Below, in pieces: positions 25,577-38,200 of a stretch of DNA of 64,000 nt. A model generated the notes under the pieces. It searched no databases and was not told the DNA's origin. It worked only from the letters and a program-made list of their open reading frames with translations. The position numbers and the translations under genes were made by a program. Source of the DNA: Auanema rhodensis (taxonomy: Eukaryota; Animalia; Nematoda); the NCBI GenBank assembly GCA_964057225.1, contig OZ059896.1, forward strand, positions 6,696,001 through 6,760,000. The letters run 5' to 3'. Numbering within the stretch: position 1 is the stretch's first letter; every line of letters begins with the position of its first letter.

Positions 25577-27825
25577 TATATTCAATTTAAGAATATTTTC
25601 TTTATATATATAGTTAGTAACAGTAATATTATAGTTAATGTTACTGTAATACTTATAAAGAGTGATTGAAGTTGTATGTAGACAATCAGCATAAACATCA
25701 GTATATGATGATTCTGATGTGAGAGATTGGAAGGAAACCTTCCAATGGATGATGATCCCACATCGAATGACACATCCAACATCGGTGTTACCTTCTCACC
25801 GTATGGGCGTGTCTACAGTCACGCCCATCACCTCTTCAGAATATCAATCATCGATTGAATTTAGCATAACTGATTTGCATAATTCTAACAAAAAATACCG
25901 TAATCAAGAGTTTTATCTACTTAAAATTTATATTTTTACATATTCATTATAAATATATAGATATATATATATAGTACTGGTTTTTAATAAAATCAAATCA
26001 ATAAACTATTATAAAATTTAAAAAAAAAAGGAAAAAGAATATGTGAAACAAGTATAAAAAAATACATTTTATTATATTCAAATGTAAAAAAATAGAAAAT
26101 TAATTATATAATAATATATAAAGATTTATTATAAATTATTTTATTTATATTATTATTATTATTTATTTTTAAAATATCTTTATTATAACTAATAGGAATG
26201 TGTACATTTATTATAATTATAATATTAATTTTTTATAATAATAATAGTAGAATTGGAATAAATATTTGAAAAAAAAGGAAGAAGATAATATGTTGATAAG
26301 TCTGTATACATACATAGATCCTGAAGTTTCGGAAAGAATTGAAACTCTTCTCAAGCTAATTATATAAAAATTATAAATTTATTTATATGATATAGTTAAA
26401 TATATTTTTATGAATCAATCATATGTAATGTATTATTAATAATTTTTAAAAATATATAAAATTTGAGATGTACTGTTTGCCTTCATACCGTCCACTTCCT
26501 CCCAATCATCATAAGTTTGATTTCTCTAATAAATAAAATTAATTAATTTATATTTAAAGTTTTTATCAAATATATAATATTGATTTTTTATTAATTATTT
26601 ATATTATTATAATTATATAATATCATTATATGTAGATACATGTACTATTCCACTTGACATGATCATAAGTACTTACATGTATTAGCGGTATATAATAGAA
26701 ATGAAATTACTATACATATAGTTAATATTCTCAGACAAGTATTATATCTTATTAACATAATAAATTCAATTTTCTCATGTACTCTTTTTCAATTGGATCA
26801 TCATCATCATCATCATCATCATTTGATGAATATTGATTGATCGTATTACCTAGATTCATTACCGTAACCCAAAGAAAGATAATTATTGTATGTTGAACGG
26901 TATAAATGAAAGGTCATTTATAACTAAAGCAAAACCAATTTTCCAATTTTTTTTTAGAAAAAAAACTGTTGAATGATGAGAGAGAAAGAGAAAAAAGAGA
27001 TTGTTCATGATTAACTGACGTTATTTATATGACGAAAGTAACAAAAAAAATGTATAATTTCATAGAAAATTGATATACCATCATGTTGCATATGTTTCCA
27101 ACTGTCGCAAATAATCTCAAAATATTTTAAAATTGTCTTCAAATAATTATTATATATCTTATATAGAGAAAGAGATAAAAAATGAATAGAGGGAGAAGAA
27201 ATTAGCGAAGTAATGGGGTGAAGAAGAAAAAAAAGACTAAAAATAGTTGTAAATTTATATAGAATGAAATATTAAAAATAAGTTTAAAACGGAATTATTT
27301 AAAATATAAATATAATTATATATATATATATAGTTATATATATATATATATCAGTATATAACATATTTCTAGATATATATGTATATACATAGAACAACTG
27401 ATATCTTTCATCTTTATTTTACTTTATATTAACCTTTAATACTTAATTTCTTTTTCTATACATACTGCTTTCATTCTCTTCATTATCTATAAGTCTTTCC
27501 TTTTTCTGTCAAATCTTAACAAAGTCATTCTTCTGACTTTTTCCTATTTTAACTCGTTGCTATGATACGTCCTTCTCTTTTTCTCTTTTTCATCGTTAGC
27601 TACCACCATTTACCCAGCACTGCCATTCAAACTTTTCCTCAATCTTTTTTAAAAAGATTACATTGCTTCAGTACATGAATCAATTTAATTAAATATTAAA
27701 TATATTGAAATATTGAAATGTTTATTTCTAAATATTCAGATTTTTATAATCTTATAATCAACGTTTATACTTACTACACATAGTTCCTGCAGATATTTCT
27801 TATTTGAACATGTATATTCATTTTA

Positions 27826-27870
<45 letters not shown>

Positions 27871-28488
27871 TATTTTGCTCAATCCATTTGTCTTACCTTC
27901 AATTCTATTTTTAGCTCTTTCAATATAAGGTCGCAAAAAAAAATATTTTTCTAATCGACTATTCATTCAAAAATCCTGATTTTAAACTTTTCTATTGAAT
28001 TGCTTATAGATAGATTCAACACTATAATGAAAAACTATGAGCAGAAATAAAGGAATATGTCGAATGTTAGGCTTCGCATGCCTGTATAGAAGAAAAGTAA
28101 GAAGGGTGGTATGTATGTGAGTATGTGAATGTGTCCGGTCTTGTGTCCTTTTTTTTTAAAAACATTCCGTGATGTCTAACAATCTTATTCACTCCTTATT
28201 CTACATAGTTTCTTATCGTTTTATTCGAATCTCAACCATGTATTGGCTTCATCATAAACATCGTTTCACACCTTCTAACGGACATAGAGATGAGGAACGA
28301 AGAAGTGAAATAGAAATTGAATTCGAGAGAAATGTTGAAGTTGGCAGGATTTCGAAAAATACGTTCGTATGTACATATACTTTGCTACATTTTGTAATTA
28401 TACATCTATCTATCTATCTATCTATCTATCTATATGTATATATCATACTTGGTCACATTTTAACTTTCAAACAATCCAACGTTGTCCT

Positions 28489-28491
<3 letters not shown>

Positions 28492-28580
<89 letters not shown>
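28492..28580. repeat. (CT)n microsatellite
   Basis: ~90-bp pure CT run that produces the SLSLSL ORFs. Confidence 0.95.
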
Positions 28581-28582
<2 letters not shown>

Positions 28583-30553
28583 ATTTCCTTCCTTGTTCAC
28601 AACAATTTACTTTTGTTTCTCTTACTATTTCGATTTTTTTAGAATATCTTTATATTTCGTTTGTCCATTTTTGTTCAAATATCTCTATTTAAAGAAAAAA
28701 ATATATATCGCACAATACTGCTACAGATCTATTACAAAAAAATTTGCTTTTCATAGAATAGAATAATGAAGAGAAAGGTTTATTCAGCTACCTTATCTGC
28801 TCTTTGACGTCACATGTTGCTGTAGGGCTTTGACTGAGAGAAACAGCTTCCGGGCTTTCGTTCAGACAACTTTCAGATAATTCTCATGAAAATGTCTGAA
28901 CACATATAATAGAAATCTGTTCCATATTTAGGTCGGAAACTTTTAAACAACTAAATATTTTTTTTTATATGAACTTTGAATAATTTATAACATATGTACA
29001 TATTATTATATGTATAATATTTTTATTGAAAGAATATTTTTTTGATTGAATCAAAAATAATTATAATTTCTTTGATTTACGTCACAGTATATTCTTTATT
29101 GAGTTTGTAGTCTTCCCTGGCTTCTTCTTAATATTAATAGAATAAGTATGTTTCTATAAATAGTTTGTTTAAATAAAATAATATAAATGAAGTAATTGTG
29201 GCTTCATTAACACACACACACATACATATGTATATAGACATGTTGAAGTTGTTGCAAGAATGTATTAGAGCATTAGTTAATATTTTCCATTTCGCTTTAC
29301 TAAAAGCATTACCAAAATATTTGTTTTTCTTTTAACATAACACTAATAAGACAACAATTTTTCTTATATAATATACATATATTTGAAATATTATATTATT
29401 ATTTTTAATTTATTCTTTTAAATATAAAAGAAATATTCATTTTGTATTATTTAAGATTCGAAGATTAAATAAAACAAGAAAAAATTTGTTATTAACATGC
29501 TTGTTGACATGTTAATAATGCTTTTCTTGTGTGTTGGAATTTCTTTTTACGGTACACTTACTTTTCGTACTTTTATCGGAAACAAACAAGACCATATTGT
29601 AGTAAAGTATGTGACTTCTGGCTTCCTTATGTATATATGTATGTAGTTATGAGAAATAAAAATATTTGAGAAAAAAAGTGAAAATAGACTGTAAAGTTAA
29701 GAGTAAAAGTTGAAGAGTGAGAAATTAACAAAAAAAAAGTTGAATCAGACATGCATATTGCATTTGACCATCAAAACAATTCCATAAAGTGAAAAGTTAC
29801 CCAATATGTAAACAAACAATTGCCAGTCAATTCATGAACTTTATGCTTTTTTTTATTTTATTTATTTTCTAAGATTTATTTCTTCAACTGTCATTTATTC
29901 ACATTTTCCGGTTCAGAGAAATCAAACACCTCTCTTGGCTTTCATTCCTTTTTTTTTTGTTTCTTATGTTTCATTTGAGGTAGTTTAATCGAAATAAAAA
30001 CTAAAACATATAAAAAACCTGGATATATCTAAGCTGTGAATCATTCATATTCTTCTATTTTCTTAATTTATTATTATTTTAATATATTTTAATAACTATA
30101 TGTAATTTCAAGTTTCCACAACTTTTATTTGAAGGCCAACTTTTTTTTTGAATCTCGAGATTATACAACTCATCATCATTCTAAATTGGTTTTGACGATT
30201 CTTTCAGTTTTTGTTTAAAATAAAAAAAGAAAATTATAGGGCTTACATGTAGAAAACCATATAAAGCGTTCATCTTCATAGAAGCCGGTTTTATGACTCA
30301 TTTCATATTTAGGAAGTAGTAACATAAGGAATTACACTTACTAGATGTACAATCATTATTTCTTATTTAAACATTTTAAATATTCATATAATTAAATTAA
30401 AATAAATATTATATGAAAGATATTTATATATATATATATATATATATATTAAGAAATATCTATTTATAATATTAAATATGATAAAAATAATATAAATTCA
30501 ATATAAATAAAGATTAAGCTGATCTGAGTTATGTATTCATAAATAAGCTTACA

Positions 30554-30591
<38 letters not shown>

Positions 30592-32791
30592 TGTATACAT
30601 GTTTAAGTTTATAAATTAATTTAGATATATAATTTTCAACAATGTTTTAAAAAAATATTAATATATGCTAACTATACTAATTATTTAATATAATATTTAT
30701 TAATATACATATATATATATATCTATTAATTTCTTTTTATATTTTCCCTTTTTAGTTTTCTTTATATTTAAAATGAAATGATTATTTGCTTGTTCTTGCT
30801 AAAACTTCTATTACGTAATATCCAAAAGAAGATAATCGTTTTCTCATCTAGCAAATGGCCAAAGTTGTCTTCTACTCAGCATCGTCGTCAAAGCATCAAT
30901 AAACTTCAATTGAAATTCAAGGATTCATATTCTATCTAACTTTAATCTTAAGAATAACAAGAAAAAAGAAGAACAAGAAGAAGAATATACTATTATAATA
31001 TAGTTAGTTTATTCTTTCAATATATTATCTATTATACTCATCTCTACTTCATTTATTATTTCATGTAAGTTTAATAATTATATTATTATTATTTTTTTAA
31101 ATGTTATAATTAAAATATAATATTTATTTGAATTTAATTTCAAAATAAAATAAAAATGTAAAAATTATTTTCATTTTTCTAATATTTTCTAATATTTTTA
31201 AAATTATTTTTTTTGTATTAAATAATAATAATATTAAATAGAATAGAAAAAGCTCTTTTCACTATTCATATTTCAATTGAATCATTTCAATATCTAGGTA
31301 TACATACATACATACATACATATACATCAATCTATTTATCTAAATATTCATTCATATCAATATATTTGATGTTTAGTGATGTATGTATGTCTTTCCACCT
31401 TCATCAGTACTTTCTAGTACTTGTTTGCTAAAAAAAAATATTTGTTTCAGTCCACATACCTCATGTTGACAATAAAAAACATTTCAACTATTTTTCCATC
31501 TTCACACATATCCAATTCTTTCTTTGAATTTATTTTATATTGTGGAAATATATCTTTATTAATAATCATTATTTAATAATTATTTGTTAAAGAAATAAAT
31601 AAATTGAAAAATGATCGGCTAACATATGCAGTCCCTGATTCAGATTTCAACTTCATTGTTAATACTTTTTTTCATATTTATATTATATTATATACATATA
31701 TATATATATAATTTCATATACATATAGTTATTCTTTTCTTTATTAATTTTAAAAAATCATTTTTTTGTCATGTTTTTATATAACCGTATGTTTCTTCAAA
31801 TATAAGGCAAGACCATATCGAAATACCAGATGTTGAGGAACCAACCCTCTCCAAGGCAGATGGTCAGTTAGGCATGTCCTCGAGAAATTTCAATTTGTCT
31901 TTTTCTGTTAGACAGTTTCTCTCTATCCTTTCGCTTTATTTCCCCTCATTTTGTGAAAAAATAGTATCATTATTTAAAATATAATTATATGTATAGTTAA
32001 AAATATAAAAATATCTGTTATAGAAAATATATTTTTCTAATCATTAGTCTTAATTCATCCTCCAACTCCTTGCTTCTCATCACCGAATAGAAGATAAAGC
32101 ACTTACAAAAGCGATCATGTGAAGTCTTACGTCAAATCTTTTTTTCATTCTAATTAACTATATCTATTTATGTAAAGTATAGTTAATATTTTCTTTTTTC
32201 CTTTTGGATAACACCCAAAAACAGATTTTGACGGATTGAAGCCACTTAGACTGCATGAGCTTACATTTAAACCAGCATGGAAACTAGTAAAAATTTAATT
32301 TTGTCACAAAATATTTTTACATAACATTGCAATTATTATAATATGAAATATTTTTTAATTAATATAAGAATATATATTCAATTTTTTATTATAATTATAC
32401 TAATATGCAATGAATATATCATGTAAAATATAATGTATTATAACCAATTTTAGTCAAAATTCCATTTGAACAAGCATTAATTTCTTAAAATTTAATATTT
32501 CTTTCTTCTTTATAAATATTAAAATTATTATGTTCTATTTATTGATTTCTAATATCATATTTCTTAATTCTTATTATAATAATAATCGTATATTTTTATA
32601 TTTTATACTGAAAAATATAAATTTATACAAATTAAAAGAAAAATAAATCAATAATAATTTTTAATTTAAAATTGTCATTTAATAGTGAAATTCAGTTTTT
32701 AAAACATATATATATATATATATTATAATATATATATTTTTTTTTAGAATTTGAACTTATAAAGATTATAAGACAGTCAGAAAATTCAATA

Positions 32792-33584
32792 ATGAATGCT
32801 AGTCAAGAGGTAATAGATATATGTTATTATTATTTCTAAATACACTTTTTGTTTTAATTTTTAGATCATATCAATAAGTGTTATATTGATTATTTGTGTT
32901 GTTATATTTGTTTCATGTCTCATCATATGGTTGATTAGATGCCGTCGAGATCAAGAAGAAGGCGAAAGGCGTGAAAAGAAAAATGAACACGAAAGAGAAC
33001 TAGATGAATATGAAGGGTAATAATATTATTATTATATAAAATTATATATATATATACATATAATTTTATCTTTTTCATCATTTTAGAACACGTAACAAAA
33101 GTACTCCATTTTCACAACGCAAAGTTCATGAAGTGAAGAAAAAACCAAAAAAGCAGGAGAGTATTGACATAGAAAAAGGACAAATAGCTGTAACTGAAGC
33201 ATCAAGACATGAAGGGAATTTTGTAACTATACGAGAAGTAGGAATATATTGTCATTAATTTATAAATATATTATTTTAGTTTGAAACTAGGATTAAATCT
33301 AATCAAAATAGCCGAGATAGCATAGCAATTAAAAGAAATGTAACATTTTATATAATATCATATAATATAATTAATATTTTAACTGTAGAAACATCTGGAT
33401 ACTGTATCTGTAACAGCTACATCAACGGATACTCTTCAACGAAATGATTCAAAGGTTTTTTTATATTTATTAAAATTATTTTAATATTTCTTAATTATAG
33501 AATAATGTATTTCCTGTTGAAAGAATAGAAGAAATGGATCTTAATCCGGGTTTAAACAGTCCAATCAATTTGGAAACTATTTAA
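32792..33584 (+). CDS. Six-exon small single-pass membrane protein, no family recognised
   Basis: In-frame GT-AG splicing gives MNASQE|IISISVILIICVVIFVSCLIIWLIRCRRDQEEGERREKKNEHERELDEYEG|TRNKSTPF...VTIRE|FETRIK...KRN|KHLDTV...NDSK|NNVFPVERIEEMDLNPGLNSPINLETI*. An upstream tttttag at 32748 could be a trans-splice or intron acceptor, so the start is uncertain. Confidence 0.75.
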
Positions 33585-33771
33585 TTTGTTTTTTGGTTTT
33601 TTTTTTCAACTTGAATACAAAGCAATACGAACTCATACATGTCAAGTTTTCTCAGTGATTTTCTCCACTTTTTATCAATTCAAATCATATCTTATAATAC
33701 GGAGTCTGATGCTATTGATCAAAAGTTGTATATATTATCTTTTCTCTCTCTCTCTCTCTCTCTCTCTTTAC

Positions 33772-33817
<46 letters not shown>

Positions 33818-33984
33818 TTACACATATATGATCTCATTTATATTGAATTTATATAATTTGTATACTATAAATATATAATTAGTTAAGAGTCTTACCAAAA
33901 AATATAAAAGAATGATTTTCTCAAGAAAATTTTGAACAAGGAGGAATTTTCTGATAATAATATATATAATAAATAAAATAGAAA

Positions 33985-34437
33985 ATGCTTTGAGAACATC
34001 ATCTTCTTCTTTCAACTTTTGTTTTTCCAAAGTTATAGCTCCACCGAATCGAGAAGCCATTACAGCATTTCCAGGCTGATCAGCAAACAATGGAATCTAA
34101 AATAATTAGAATATTTTATACACGTAGATGTTAATAAGTTCACGTAAAGTTCACGTGAACTATTATCATTTCAACAAGTTAGTAGATGTTAAGCGGTTGC
34201 ATTTATATGATTTCATGATTATTTTAGTTAAATAGCTAAGAAAACTTACGAAGACTGCGGGTTTTCCAAGATAAGCAACTTTAGTCGTACTTCCAAGTCC
34301 TCCGTGAGTTATAAACAGATTCAGACGAGGATCATTGAGAAGGGCAACCTGTGGCATCCACTTGACCAAATGAACGTTTGGCAAATGATCAGCAATATCA
34401 GTATCTTCTTCATATTTCCATATGAAAGTTACATCTC
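33985..34437 (-). pseudogene. UDP-glycosyltransferase (UGT) C-terminal domain fragment, two exons
   Basis: DVTFIWKYEEDTDIADHLPNVHLVKWMPQVALLNDPRLNLFITHGGLGSTTKVAYLGKPAVF | IPLFADQPGNAVMASRFGGAITLEK (intron 34249-34097). UGT signature present but the conserved Glu reads Lys; N-terminal half and TM tail absent. Confidence 0.88.
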
Positions 34438-35117
34438 CTCTCCTTCTCTTGGTTTTTGGGGTCCTGCTTCGACTCCTGGGTTCGAGGGTCCACTAGGGTC
34501 TCTGTCCTGGGCTCTCCATCCTGGGCTCCTGGACCTGAGCTTCAATTGGTTGTTCAAGTTCTACGGGTTTAATTTCATATATTTAAGTTCCATAATAATT
34601 AATATATTTTATAAATATATATTTTCAGTAAAATCAAAGAACAATATTCTTTAAGGGGCGCTCCACTGATAATCATGAATTTGATTCAAATATATTATTC
34701 TTATTTGATCAAAATGAAAATATTTTATTTAATTATTTCAATGAATTCATGTAATTAAATAATATTATATAATATATATTTTTGTATATGACATGAAACG
34801 ATTGTCGCCCTATATATGTATATCTAACCTTTTAGCATGTTCCCATATTTTGAAAAACTTTAAAACTTTTCTCTGTAACTTGAACTTTGATTTTGTTTAT
34901 TTTCTTTTGGTTCTATACCTGTCGTCCATGTTTTATTGACAACATATCTTTTCTTCCAACAACGCGTAGTTCAACTTTTCGTTTTAAAATAAACAAATAT
35001 TTTTCAATTTCTGTCTTGCGCATTCAATTTAGAAAATTTTATCGTTTCAAGAAAGCTTGAAAATTCGTAAACAGCAACACACAGAAATAAAACTATCTCT
35101 GACATTTAACATGATTG

Positions 35118-35189
35118 GCCCAAGTAGTATAGTGGTTAGTACTCCACGTTGTGGCCGTGGCGACACAGGTTCGATTCCTGTCTTGGGCA
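35118..35189 (+). tRNA. tRNA-His(GTG)
   Basis: Acceptor GCCCAAG/CTTGGGC + A73, D arm AGTATAGTGGTTAGTACT, anticodon arm CCACG-TTGTGGC-CGTGG, T arm ACAGG-TTCGATT-CCTGT, T-rich terminator downstream. Confidence 0.96.
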
Positions 35190-35294
35190 GTTCTTTTGCC
35201 TTTTTCTATTCTACATATCTGAAGTTTTCTCAACTTATTTTGAAAAACTGAGGTGCAATAGTGTATTTGATTTTTTTTTGACTATTCTGATTTG

Positions 35295-38200
35295 ATTTTC
35301 GTTGATGATCTTTGAGTAAATCCGACATTCACCGGGTACAACATACCTACAGCCTGAACTTTTTTGTGAACAAATCTTATGAATTGGGTCGATATAAACC
35401 TTTTTACCGGAAACAGGAGAACTCGGAGCAAAATCTCACTAAGATTTTCAGATTCTACACATCTGAATACCCAACTTCAGACTATTTTAGTTTTATTTTA
35501 GTTGATGATCTTCGAGTAATTCGAACATTCACCGGGCACAACATACCTACAGCCTGAACTTTTTTGTGAACAAATCTTATGAATTGGGTCGATATTCTCC
35601 TGTTTTACCGGAAACAGGAGAACTCGGAGCAAAATCTCACTAAGATTTTCAGATTCTACACATCTGAATACCCAACTTCAGACTATTTTAGTTTTATTTT
35701 AGTTGATGATCTTCGAGTAATTCGAACATTCACCGGGCACAACGTGCCTACAGCCTGAACTTTTTTGTGAACAAATCTTATGAATTGGGTCGATATTCTC
35801 CTGTTTTACCGGAAACAGGAGAAGTCCGAGCAAAATCTTACTAAGATTTTCAGATTCTACACATCTGAATACCCAACCTTAGACTATTTTAGTTTTATTT
35901 TAGTTGATGATCTTCGAGTAATTCGAACATTCACCGGGCACAACGTGCCTACAGCCTGAACTTTTTTGTGAACAAATCTTGTGGATGGTGTCGATATAAA
36001 CCTTTTTTCCGGAAACAGGAGAAGTCCGAGCAAAATCTTACTAAGATTTTCAGATTCTACACATCTGAATACCCAACCTTAGACTATTTTAGTTTTATTT
36101 TAGTTGATGATCTTTGAGTAATTCGAACATTCACCGGGCACAACGTGACTACAGCCTGAACTTTTTTGTGAACAAATCTTGTGGATGGTGTCGATCTAAA
36201 CCTTTTTTCCGGAAGCAGGAGAACTCCGAGCAAAATCTTACTAAGATTTTCAGATTCTACACATCTGAATACCCAACCTTAGACTATTTTAGTTTTATTT
36301 TAGTTGATGATCTTTGAGTAATTCGAACATTCACCGGGCACAACGTGACTACAGCCTGAACTTTTTTGTGAACAAATCTTGTGGATGGTGTCGATATAAA
36401 CCTTTTTTCCGGAAACAGGAGAACTCGGAGCAAAATCTCACTAATTTTTTCAGATTCTACACATCTGAATACCCAACCTTAGACTATTTTAGTTTTATTT
36501 TAGTTGATGATCTTTGAGTAATTCGAACATTCACCGGGCACAACGTGACTACAGCCTGAACTTTTTTGTGAACAAATCTTGTGGATGGTGTCGATATAAA
36601 CCTTTTTTCCGGAAACAGGAGAACTCCGAGCGAAATCTTACTAAGATTTTCAGATTCTACACATCTGAATACCCAACCTTAGACTATTTTAGTTTTATTT
36701 TAGTTGATGATCTTTGAGTAATTCGAACATTCACCGGGCACAACGTGACTACAGCCTGAACTTTTTTGTGAACAAATCTTGTGGATGGTGTCGATATAAA
36801 CCTTTTTTCCGGAAACAGGAGAACTCCGAGCGAAATCTTACTAAGATTTTCAGATTCTACACATCTGAATACCCAACCTTAGACTATTTTAGTTTTATTT
36901 TAGTTGATGATCTTTGAGTAATTCGAACATTCACCGGGCACAACGTGACTACAGCCTGAACTTTTTTGTGAACAAATCTTGTGGATGGTGTCGATATAAA
37001 CCTTTTTTCCGGAAATAGGAGAAGTCCGAGCAAAATCTTACTAAAATTTTCAGATTCTACACATCTGAATACCCAACCTTAGACTATTTTAGTTTTATTT
37101 TAGTTGATGATCTTTGAGTAATTCGAACATTCACCGGGCACAACGTGCCTACAGCCTGAACTTTTTTGTGAACAAATCTTGTGGATGGTGTCGATATAAA
37201 CCTTTTTTCCGGAAACAGGAGAACTCGGAGCAAAATCTCACTAATTTTTTCAGATTCTACACATCTGAATACCCAACCTTAGACTATTTTAGTTTTATTT
37301 TAGTTGATGATCTTTGAGTAATTCGAACATTCACCGGGCACAACGTGACTACAGCCTGAACTTTTTTGTGAACAAATCTTGTGGATGGTGTCGATATAAA
37401 CCTTTTTTCCGGAAACAGGAGAACTCGGAGCAAAATCTGACTCGGAAATTCCGATTCTACACATTTGAATACCCAACCTCAAGGTGTTTTTGTTTTGTTT
37501 TAGTTGATGATCTTGGAGTAAATCGGGCATTTACCGGGCACAACGTGCCTACAGCCTGAACTTTTTCGTGAACAAATCTTGTGAATGGGATCGATATAAA
37601 CCTTTTTTTCGGAAACAGGAGAACTCGGAGCAAAATCTCACTAATTTTTTCAGATTCTACACATCTGAATACCCAACCTTAGACTATTTTAGTTTTATTT
37701 TAGTTGATGATCTTTGAGTAATTCGAACATTCACCGGGCACAACGTGCCTACAGCCTGAACTTTTTTGTGAACAAATCTTGTGGATGGTGTCGATATAAA
37801 CCTTTTTTCCGGAAACAGGAGAACTCGGAGCAAAATCTCACTAATTTTTTCAGATTCTACACATCTGAATACCCAACCTTAGACTATTTTAGTTTTATTT
37901 TAGTTGATGATCTTTGAGTAATTCGAACATTCACCGGGCACAACGTGACTACAGCCTGAACTTTTTTGTGAACAAATCTTGTGGATGGTGTCGATCTAAA
38001 CCTTTTTTCCGGAAGCAGGAGAACTCCGAGCAAAATCTTACTAAGATTTTCAGATTCTACACATCTGAATACCCAACCTTAGACTATTTTAGTTTTATTT
38101 TAGTTGATGATCTTTGAGTAATTCGAACATTCACCGGGCACAACGTGACTACAGCCTGAACTTTTTTGTGAACAAATCTTGTGGATGGTGTCGATATAAA

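Noticed and set aside
26300-26860. Possible minus-strand exons upstream of mir-232
   Set aside because: Splice-like sites exist but I could not join them in a consistent frame.
30830-32100. Possible small plus-strand gene (DHIEIPDVEEPTLSKAD|VLIHPPTPCFSSPNRR*)
   Set aside because: Two exon-like pieces join in frame, but no supported start, strong acceptor or homology was found.
34545-34570. AACCCGTAGAACTTG on the minus strand resembling miR-100/miR-51 family
   Set aside because: No complementary arm to form a precursor hairpin; likely chance.
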